Part shown: positions 23,722-31,175 of the stretch, piece by piece | How positions within the stretch are numbered: the stretch's first letter is position 1 | Layout of the letters: each line of letters begins with the position of its first letter | DNA from: Candidatus Parcubacteria bacterium | GTDB lineage: Bacteria > Patescibacteriota > Minisyncoccia > 2-02-FULL-40-12 > GWA2-44-9 | Reading direction: 5' to 3' | Length of the DNA stretch: 36,928 nt | Assembly: GCA_019662005.1 (NCBI GenBank) | Contig: JAIFWG010000003.1 | Coordinates: forward strand, 1 to 36,928 | Made by a program: the position numbers and the translations under genes | The notes under the pieces: generated by a model | Databases searched by the model: none | The model's input: the letters and a program-made list of their open reading frames with translations, nothing else | What the model was told of the DNA's origin: nothing

Positions 23722-24615
23722 ATGGGATCAGTCTTAACGGAACTGCTAAATTATAAACAACAAAAGGACGCTCGATCAAATGCCGATTTGAACGCAATTC
23801 CTCAAGCGGCTTTAATGCTTCAGCGGGCGAAGCAACAGCAATATGACAATATGATTAAGGGGGCATTGACTCAGGCGACACTCGCCGGAAGCGGTATTTC
23901 TCTTAATCCTCAGACGAATAGTTTAAATGCTTATACGTCCCCTGCAAATCAGTTAAAGAATCTTCTGACTGTGAGTTCAATCAATAAGAATAACGCAACA
24001 GTAACGAATCTCCAGAATAAGCCTGCTCTAGATGCTGAAAAACAGCAAGTTAAACAGGATGCTCAGGATCAAAAGTCCTGGGAAAAGATTGTGAGGAACT
24101 CTGATCCATCTTTAGCCTCATCTCGCTCGACATTCGGGATGGCTTCAAACGGAAATCTCCGGGCAGACCGAGCTTTATCAACTTTACAAAATAACAAGAT
24201 TCTAACTAATCAAGATGCTCAGAACATCGTTGCTGATATCGCGGGCATTTATGCGGGCGGAGCGCCATCTGACCAGGGTATGAAACATTCTCAGTATGAA
24301 TCAATCCAACAGAGGATTGCGGGACTTCAACAATATATCAACGGAAAGCCTACAGATGCGCTTCCTCCGGACATTAAGAATCATCTAACTCAGGTGATTG
24401 GCGATCTGAAAAACGTAAATAATGAAGCAATTAAATCTCACTTTGATTATCAGGAAAAAGCAAACAGTGGAGTTATATCCAAGTATCAGGATGAATGGAA
24501 TCAGATGAAGGGGGCTTATGTTTCGGGGGATTCTTCGAATATTTCAGATGGAGCTACAGGCACTTACAATGGGAAACCAGTTGTAAGACAGGGGGGCAAA
24601 TGGGTTCTCAAATAA
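23722..24615 (+). CDS. internal-virion-like protein, Gln/Asn-rich
   Basis: Track ORF trimmed to ATG 23722, which has a GGAGG RBS. Confidence 0.5.
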   Translation: MGSVLTELLNYKQQKDARSNADLNAIPQAALMLQRAKQQQYDNMIKGALTQATLAGSGISLNPQTNSLNAYTSPANQLKNLLTVSSINKNNATVTNLQNKPALDAEKQQVKQDAQDQKSWEKIVRNSDPSLASSRSTFGMASNGNLRADRALSTLQNNKILTNQDAQNIVADIAGIYAGGAPSDQGMKHSQYESIQQRIAGLQQYINGKPTDALPPDIKNHLTQVIGDLKNVNNEAIKSHFDYQEKANSGVISKYQDEWNQMKGAYVSGDSSNISDGATGTYNGKPVVRQGGKWVLK

Positions 24616-26120
24616 TTCCGGATGATCAGGTTCAGCTTGATTCAATTCCCGATGATGCAGTTATTCCTGATAGCGCTGCGGCCATTGATCAGCCTCAATT
24701 TCAAGGAACTGGAAACCAGTTAGTCGATTCTTTCCTGATGGCTGGAAATGAAGCAAAGCGCGGATTTTTTAAAGGAGGAGCTGCTGCAGTTACTCCTCTT
24801 TCCATGCTTCTAAAACTAGGCCAGGTTCCGGATCAATTTAATCTTCCGGAGCAATCAAGACAACTCTATGACAAGTATGCCGGAGATGTTCCAGAATCAA
24901 ACATAAATCCTGTCGCAAAGTTTATTTATGAAGGAATTGGATCGACTCCCGGACAAGTTGCAGCATGGGAACAAACAGGCGCTCCATTGCTTAAAGCGGG
25001 CGGGGCTGCATTTGGGGCAGGGAAAAATCTCCTTGGGAAACTTATGGAGTCGAAAGCTGCTCCACTTGAAGCTCAAAAGGTTGCGCTCAATTCTCATCTG
25101 GAAACGACAAAAGTCCTTAACGATATTCAATCTACATCCATTGCCGCTGACATGAACGCTAATATGGCGGCTAAGAAGATAAGTACCGGAGAGCAGATTA
25201 AAGATATTTCCGGAAATATCAAAACAGCGGCTGATGAAGCGTCCAGAAATGCAAGAAGTTCAGTAATGAATTATTGGAACGAATTAAAGACTAATTTTGG
25301 GCGTGACTATGCTGCAGCAGGAAAGGGAGCGAAGATTACCCCATCTCAAGAATTAGATGCTTTGACTAGAGGCGCTGCTGATTCTGGAATTTACAGCAAG
25401 ATTGAGAGTGGAAGTCCTTTGAATCCGGCAGAGAAGAAGATCATGTCTTTAATCAATAATGCTCAAGATAGAGCTTCTTCTGAATTAAATGTTGCAAGGC
25501 CATTGTCTCATTTTGACCAGGAGATTAATTCCCTTGCAAGTGAACATGGTGGGGATCATACGGTTACCGCTGTTCGGAAGAGTGTTGCTGACATTCTTGA
25601 TGAATTTAAGGTTGTTAGGTCTAAATATAAACAACCTTATCAGTTAAAAAATGAGATGTTTAAGATATTTCAACCATTTAATAAATCTGGAAGTTTTGAT
25701 ACTACTTCTGGAACAAATCTTTTAAACAGAGCATTTAATGGAAAAGCTAGCCCTGATGAGATGCGCCTTGTTGAGGAATTGACTAAGCGTGATCCTGAAT
25801 TATTCTCACAATTAAAGTCACTTAAAACTACAAAAGATAGCTTGGTCTCAGGCCTTCAGCAGGCTCAAGAATCACACGCGAAAAACTTAACCAGTTTAAT
25901 GCAAGATTCTCAGAAGGCAACAATGGATGCGCTTGTGGAACATAAGAACAGTTCTGATTTACTGGATTCTTTGATTACGAAAGCCAAGGCGAGTGATGCG
26001 AAGAAAGTTTTGATTTCTGACTTACTTCTTCACGGAGCCAGGGGAGCGGCTACTACTGCGGGTGTGGGTGCTGTTTTTGGAGCCGGGAAATCTCTTTACG
26101 ATATTTTAAATAGGCATTAA
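24600..26120 (+). CDS. internal-virion-like protein with C-terminal hydrophobic segment
   Basis: Track ORF 24495..26120 trimmed to MGSQIIPDD. The C-terminus is GARGAATTAGVGAVFGAG. Confidence 0.5.
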   Translation: MGSQIIPDDQVQLDSIPDDAVIPDSAAAIDQPQFQGTGNQLVDSFLMAGNEAKRGFFKGGAAAVTPLSMLLKLGQVPDQFNLPEQSRQLYDKYAGDVPESNINPVAKFIYEGIGSTPGQVAAWEQTGAPLLKAGGAAFGAGKNLLGKLMESKAAPLEAQKVALNSHLETTKVLNDIQSTSIAADMNANMAAKKISTGEQIKDISGNIKTAADEASRNARSSVMNYWNELKTNFGRDYAAAGKGAKITPSQELDALTRGAADSGIYSKIESGSPLNPAEKKIMSLINNAQDRASSELNVARPLSHFDQEINSLASEHGGDHTVTAVRKSVADILDEFKVVRSKYKQPYQLKNEMFKIFQPFNKSGSFDTTSGTNLLNRAFNGKASPDEMRLVEELTKRDPELFSQLKSLKTTKDSLVSGLQQAQESHAKNLTSLMQDSQKATMDALVEHKNSSDLLDSLITKAKASDAKKVLISDLLLHGARGAATTAGVGAVFGAGKSLYDILNRH

Positions 26121-26189
26121 TAGCGCCATCAATAAACACATACATGCCTAAAGTTATGATTATGAGCCATGGGTTCATAGAAGGATTAT

Positions 26190-26354
26190 ATGCCTAAAGA
26201 AACTGTGTCTGTAAACAATTTCGATGAGATAAAGTTGGCACTTCGCCAGGAACTAGCAATTTTGTCTAAGAAATTCCAGTCTTCACTTTCAGCCGTAAAG
26301 ATCGATGAAGTCGCCAATTCTACGGATATTTTAAAGCTTGAGAAGATTGGCTGA
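26190..26354 (+). CDS. hypothetical small protein (54 aa)
   Basis: Hand translation is MPKETVSVNNFDEIKLALRQELAILSKKFQSSLSAVKIDEVANSTDILKLEKIG, with GAAGGA upstream. Below the track cut-off. Confidence 0.4.
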   Translation: MPKETVSVNNFDEIKLALRQELAILSKKFQSSLSAVKIDEVANSTDILKLEKIG

Positions 26355-26367
26355 GATTTTAAAAACA

Positions 26368-27096
26368 ATGACTCAGCTTTATGATTCTTTCGCAAAGAAT
26401 ATGGAGCTGAATCCCACAATTAATGTAGCCCAGCCAGAAATTAACATTCCAGAAATTAAAGTTCCGGATATTTATGTTCCCGAAATAATAATTCCGACCA
26501 TTAATGTACCAACTCCCCAAGTCACCGTCAACCCAGAAATCAATATTGACTTAAATAAAGTCATAGATGCTCTTGAAAATCTAAAATACCTATCAAACCT
26601 ACCAAATAAGCCACTCTCGGTTCGTATGTCTGATGGGAATAAGTTTGTGAAGGTTATCCAACAACTTCAGAAAGCAACTGACAATCTCGGCGTAGTTTAC
26701 GCTGGCCAAAGCGGAATCACTTCCGACGAACTTACTATTATCTCCGGAAGAGACGCGACTGATTTTATATGGAATGGGACAGCAAAATTAACTCCTAAAT
26801 TCGCCACAATTGCAGCGAGTTCTTCTGGAAACAATACTATCGTTTCAGCCGTAAGCACTAAAAAAATCAGAGTTATTCAGATGGATTTAATGGCCGATGG
26901 GGATGTTAATGTAAAGTTTCAAAGCGGAGCAGGTGGAACAGATATTACGGGACTTTCTTACCTGACTCTTAACACGGGTCTTGTGAGAGGCTATTCTCCT
27001 ATCGGATGGTTTGAAACTGCGGCCAGCAATCTTCTTAATTTAAATTTAAGTGACGCGGTCGCGGTAGGGGGTTCGCTTACCTACGTAGAGGTTTGA
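26368..27096 (+). CDS. structural-type protein with N-terminal PxIxV pentapeptide repeats
   Basis: Track ORF (TTG 26338, or ATG 26368). It contains PEINI PEIKV PDIYV PEIII PTINV PTPQV, followed by a beta-rich C-domain. Confidence 0.5.
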   Translation: MTQLYDSFAKNMELNPTINVAQPEINIPEIKVPDIYVPEIIIPTINVPTPQVTVNPEINIDLNKVIDALENLKYLSNLPNKPLSVRMSDGNKFVKVIQQLQKATDNLGVVYAGQSGITSDELTIISGRDATDFIWNGTAKLTPKFATIAASSSGNNTIVSAVSTKKIRVIQMDLMADGDVNVKFQSGAGGTDITGLSYLTLNTGLVRGYSPIGWFETAASNLLNLNLSDAVAVGGSLTYVEV

Positions 27097-28541
27097 TGTT
27101 AAGCGTAATCATTCCTTCCCGAAATGAAATATATCTAGAAAAAACTATCCGAAATATCCTTGAGAACGCCCAAGGAGATATTGAAGTCATCGCGGAACTG
27201 GATGGGTACGTTCCCGACCCTCAGATTATCATTGATGATCCTCGCGTAAAGTTTGTTCATCATCCCACCTCTATCGGGCAACGCGCCTGTATTAATCACG
27301 GGGTTTCGATTGCTTCTGGAAAATTCATCATGAAACTTGATGCTCATTGTGCGGTAGCTCTTAGATTTGATGTGGAGCTTGCAAAGAACTGTGAAGAGTC
27401 ATGGACGGTCGTTCCCCGAATGTACAACCTCGATATTCATACCTGGAAACCAAAACTTCACAAGCTCACCGATTATATGTATTTCACAAGTCCTAATGAT
27501 CCAGACAAACCATTTCGCGCAGCCTACTACGAAGGCCGAGAATACCGAAGACAACACAAAAACCCCGAAATAATTGATGACACCATGTGTTGTATGGGGC
27601 CGGGCTGGTTCATGCATAAAAAAAGGTTTTTAGAGCAGGGGGGTTGTGATGAGTTCCATGAAGGTGGCTGGGGTCAGCAAGGGATTGAAGTTTCGCTTAA
27701 AGCATGGCTTTCCGGCGGCGCTCTTAAAGTAAATAAAAATACTTGGTTCGCTCATTGGTTTCGAGGCGGTGGTGGGCCTGGGTTTCCTTATCACCTTTCA
27801 GGTAATCAGGTTGAGAGAGTCCGAGATTATAGCAAGGATCTTTGGCTGAATGACAAATGGCCGCTGGCAACTCGAAAATTGTCCTGGGTCATTGAGAAAT
27901 TCAGACCGCCTACCTGGGATGAATATGTCGAACCTAATGAAAACGAGAAAAAGAATTTATTCGTCAAATTTTACAGGCACATGATCAAACCTGGAAAGAA
28001 TGTTATTCGCTGGAGAGGTCATCGAGTTCTAAAACTGCCATCTGACCTTGCCTTATATCAACAAGCTATCTTTGAAAAAAAACCTGATTTTATTGTTGAG
28101 ACAGGAACTAAATGGGGAGGTTCTGCGATTTTCTTGGCGGATATGTGTGAGTTGAATGGGCATGGTCAGGTTATTACCGTTGATATTGCACCGCTTCACA
28201 AACCAGAGCATCCAAGGATTACTTACATCACAGGAAATTCAATAGATAAAGCAATCGTTGAACAGATTAAAGGAATCGTTGGAGATAAATCGGTCATGGT
28301 CATATTAGATTCTGACCATTCATTCCATCATGTGATGTGGGAACTTCATCGCTATAACAAGCTTGTGACGCTTGGACAGTATCTTGTCGTTGAAGATTGC
28401 CACAATAAATACGGAGAGCGTCATCATCCGATGGACGCAAGAGACTGGTTTTTAAAAAGAACCGGAAGATTCAAGTTAGAAGATTTCGCGAGTAAATATT
28501 TAGTGGGTCTTTCAATGGATGGGTGGTTGCTCAGAAAATGA
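27096..28541 (+). CDS. bifunctional GT27-like (ppGalNAc-transferase-type) glycosyltransferase / CmcI-type methyltransferase
   Basis: N-half motifs are SVIIPSRNE, KLDAHCAV (27333-27356), GGWGQQGIEVSLKAWLSGG (27663-27719) and TWFAHWFR (27741-27764). C-half motifs are KPDFIVETGTKWGGSAIFLADM and ILDSDHSFHHVMWELHRYNKLV...YLVVEDC. Confidence 0.65.
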   Translation: MLSVIIPSRNEIYLEKTIRNILENAQGDIEVIAELDGYVPDPQIIIDDPRVKFVHHPTSIGQRACINHGVSIASGKFIMKLDAHCAVALRFDVELAKNCEESWTVVPRMYNLDIHTWKPKLHKLTDYMYFTSPNDPDKPFRAAYYEGREYRRQHKNPEIIDDTMCCMGPGWFMHKKRFLEQGGCDEFHEGGWGQQGIEVSLKAWLSGGALKVNKNTWFAHWFRGGGGPGFPYHLSGNQVERVRDYSKDLWLNDKWPLATRKLSWVIEKFRPPTWDEYVEPNENEKKNLFVKFYRHMIKPGKNVIRWRGHRVLKLPSDLALYQQAIFEKKPDFIVETGTKWGGSAIFLADMCELNGHGQVITVDIAPLHKPEHPRITYITGNSIDKAIVEQIKGIVGDKSVMVILDSDHSFHHVMWELHRYNKLVTLGQYLVVEDCHNKYGERHHPMDARDWFLKRTGRFKLEDFASKYLVGLSMDGWLLRK

Positions 28542-29308
28542 AAGTCTCCATAATTATTTCAGTATTAGACAGCCACGAAGCTTTACGACGCCAGCTTCTT
28601 TACATGGAAAAAATGGGAATTCCAGATGATACCGAAATTGTCATCGTGGATGATGGAAGCAAAATCCCTCTCGAATATCACGGTAATCTTCCCGTCCGAA
28701 TTCTTCGTCTTGAATGGCCAGAACGAAAATGGACAGCTTCAATCGCGCGTAACAGGGGAGTTGAAATTGCGAATGGTGAGTATCTTTTAATGTTCGATCT
28801 TGATCATTTCATAAACAAAGAACTCCTTGATATGGTCAGGACATTCGGCGGGTATAAAGTCCAATTCATTAGGTCAATCGCTGTGATATTAGAAGATGGA
28901 AGTTTCTGTCAAGATCCTGAAGTGCTTTTCAAATGGGGATATCCCAAAAGCAGATATATGGTCAGAGGGTTTGGGATTACTCCCCATCCCAATATGTTTG
29001 CGATGCGTAAAGACATATTTTTAAAACTTGGCGGTTATGACGAATATAGAGTCTTGAATCGTCAATATCCCCAAGGCGAAGACAGCTATTTCAAAAAGGT
29101 TTGGCAATCGAAAGTAGATGAAGGCATTTATCATGTCCACACCGAACGCCCGACGATTTACACATTCCCGACTGGAAAAATGTGTGGGGATGTAGATTTC
29201 AATCCCTTTAATCTTTTCCACAATTCAAGCCGTGCCACTGATCGGAACAAATTCTACAAAAAACAAATCGAGAAATATGGACATAACCGGGATATACATT
29301 TCTCTTAA
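28538..29308 (+). CDS. glycosyltransferase family 2
   Basis: KVSIIISVLDSHEAL...EIVIVDDGS, with FDLDH as the DxD motif. The ATG at 28538 forms an ATGA overlap with the upstream stop. Confidence 0.65.
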   Translation: MKVSIIISVLDSHEALRRQLLYMEKMGIPDDTEIVIVDDGSKIPLEYHGNLPVRILRLEWPERKWTASIARNRGVEIANGEYLLMFDLDHFINKELLDMVRTFGGYKVQFIRSIAVILEDGSFCQDPEVLFKWGYPKSRYMVRGFGITPHPNMFAMRKDIFLKLGGYDEYRVLNRQYPQGEDSYFKKVWQSKVDEGIYHVHTERPTIYTFPTGKMCGDVDFNPFNLFHNSSRATDRNKFYKKQIEKYGHNRDIHFS

Positions 29309-29981
29309 TAAGCTACCTCAATATTGGGTTGATTATCACCTTGAAGTTCTTAAAGATGCTGCCCCGGGCATGCCCATTATTTCCATCACAAAAAAACCGA
29401 TGGATTTGGGAATGAATCTTTTGGATACCGATGAGCCTGGGTACACCAATATTTACAGGCAGTTATTAAGAGCGGCGAAATTAGCCACGACAAAATACGT
29501 TGCAATGATTGAGGATGACTGCCTTTATTCAAAAAGCCATTTTTTTAAATTCAGGCCACAAGATGATGAGTTTGCCTATAACCGAAACAGATGGTCTCTC
29601 TTTAGTTGGGGGGAGCCTATTTACTCGCTCAGACAAAGACTGAGTAACTGCTCTCTCATCGCTCCGCGTGATCTTTTAATAGAAGCTCTTCAAGAACGCT
29701 TTGATAAATACAACGGGCATCCTCCGGACAGTGAAATGGGTGAATGCGGAAGAGCCAGGATTGAAGACAGGCTGAAAGTTACTCGCCGTAAACAGGTCGA
29801 TTTTTTATCAAGAGTTTCAATTGTCCATATTAATCATCCTCTTGGAACTGAGGATAGACAACAACAACAGTGGAAATCTCATGCAGAGATCAGGGCTTAT
29901 GACATTCCTCATTGGGGGAAAGCTGCGGACATAGTCAATTTTTTTAATAATGGAATTAACCAAATGGAGGCTTTGAAATGA
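29277..29981 (+). CDS. putative glycosyltransferase-like protein
   Basis: VAMIEDDCLY is a DxD-like motif in a GT-A-like context. The start was chosen at ATG 29277. Functional support is weak. Confidence 0.3.
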   Translation: MDITGIYISLNKLPQYWVDYHLEVLKDAAPGMPIISITKKPMDLGMNLLDTDEPGYTNIYRQLLRAAKLATTKYVAMIEDDCLYSKSHFFKFRPQDDEFAYNRNRWSLFSWGEPIYSLRQRLSNCSLIAPRDLLIEALQERFDKYNGHPPDSEMGECGRARIEDRLKVTRRKQVDFLSRVSIVHINHPLGTEDRQQQQWKSHAEIRAYDIPHWGKAADIVNFFNNGINQMEALK

Positions 29982-30397
29982 GCGTAACTCGATGGGGGCC
30001 GGATACCTGCAAATGTCTATTTGATTTTGAGCCTGATCCCAATGATGGAACTAATCAAATTCTGATAGAAGTTCTGAATATTTGTTCAGAACATAAAGGG
30101 TTGTCTGGAAAGGATCTTCACCAGACAGTTTTAAAGCAAGAGAACCAGCATAAAAACAAAATACATTCAAAATTATTGGAACTCGATGCCATGGCTGAAG
30201 ACATAACTCAAGACGATGGCTCCGTGATAAGACGATTCAAGAAAGGGGTTGGATTTGATTTTAATTTCACAGGTAAAGACGATTCAAGGACTTTAAATAT
30301 AACGACTAAAGGGCATGTTTTATCAGGGGCTCAAAAGGCAGCATTGACTGATTTTTCTCTTCAAGAAACAGGGAAATCAATTTTAGAGATTAAATAA
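29978..30397 (+). CDS. CxC...CxxH protein, paralog A (139 aa)
   Basis: WGPDTCKCLFDF...ICSEHK. About 30% identical by eye to the next ORF, which has the same length. Confidence 0.6.
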   Translation: MSVTRWGPDTCKCLFDFEPDPNDGTNQILIEVLNICSEHKGLSGKDLHQTVLKQENQHKNKIHSKLLELDAMAEDITQDDGSVIRRFKKGVGFDFNFTGKDDSRTLNITTKGHVLSGAQKAALTDFSLQETGKSILEIK

Positions 30398-30413
30398 CTG
30401 GAAAGGGAATCTA

Positions 30414-30833
30414 ATGACTATACAAACGAATGCTTGGCACCCGGATACCTGCGGATGTGCTTTTGAATATACATGGGATGATCAGGATTTAGATCGCGTG
30501 CGGACTTTGAATAAAGTCATTCATGTGTGCGATCTCCATAAAATAATTTCTCTCACACCTTCAAGCCATTACTCGACAGTATCAGATGAAAACGTGAGAA
30601 AGAACAAACTTTATGGGAGATTTTTGGGAGTTTCTGATCTCACGCAAACGGATGCAAGCGGAAATGTTAATTTTAAAAACGGGGTAGATGTCTCATTCTC
30701 TTGGGACGGGACTGATTATGCCCGGATATTAAGCGCTTCTATCACTGGTTATAACCTGTCTGGGGCCAATAAAAATTCCGTACAAGATTGGTGTGACTCG
30801 ACCTTCGGGTTTGGGAAAGTAGCTATTAACTAA
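30414..30833 (+). CDS. CxC...CxxH protein, paralog B (139 aa)
   Basis: WHPDTCGCAFEY...VCDLHK. It shares EN..KNK, TQ.D.SG...FK.GV and LSGA.K with paralog A. Confidence 0.6.
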   Translation: MTIQTNAWHPDTCGCAFEYTWDDQDLDRVRTLNKVIHVCDLHKIISLTPSSHYSTVSDENVRKNKLYGRFLGVSDLTQTDASGNVNFKNGVDVSFSWDGTDYARILSASITGYNLSGANKNSVQDWCDSTFGFGKVAIN

Positions 30834-30835
30834 AA

Positions 30836-31015
30836 ATGGGCAATACGTTAATCCAAACTCAGACAGACAGCGCTCTTTCCACCAACCAAGTCTCAGACGG
30901 AACTACTTTTTACAATGCTTTAGGTGGTGCGATTAGAGGCAGCACAACCGAAACTTTCCGTCAATTTATAAACCGGACGGGAAGCGAAAGCTTCCATTTT
31001 TGTTTCCGCCAATGA
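30836..31015 (+). CDS. N-terminal fragment (59 aa) of the S/P/T-tailed late protein, separated by a frameshift
   Basis: MGNTLIQTQTDSALSTNQVSDGTTFYNALGGAIRGSTTETFRQFINRTG... matches the start of the domain repeated twice in 31176..32795. The reading frame of 31176..32795 is already open from 30972. Confidence 0.55.
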   Translation: MGNTLIQTQTDSALSTNQVSDGTTFYNALGGAIRGSTTETFRQFINRTGSESFHFCFRQ

Positions 31016-31175
31016 TGTCAGTAGTGCAAGCACTCTTAAATTCAGGAAAAATACGGCAGACGGCTCAACGGCTGCGAGCATTACTGGCAACACCACAGGC
31101 TTTTTTCAAGACGCGACCAACACAGATTCTGTCGTTGCCGGTGATCTTGTTGATTGGTCTATTACTGCGCCCGCT

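Noticed and set aside
26144-26199. ATGCCTAAAG occurring twice 46 nt apart, the second copy being the start of 26190..26354
   Set aside because: It is only 10 nt long. The first copy opens a 17-codon dead-end ORF. It may be a small duplication scar, but that cannot be supported further.
26186-26419. Track ORF, 77 aa, minus strand
   Set aside because: It is antisense within the co-directional late operon. The plus-strand ORFs 26190..26354 and 26368..27096 explain the region.
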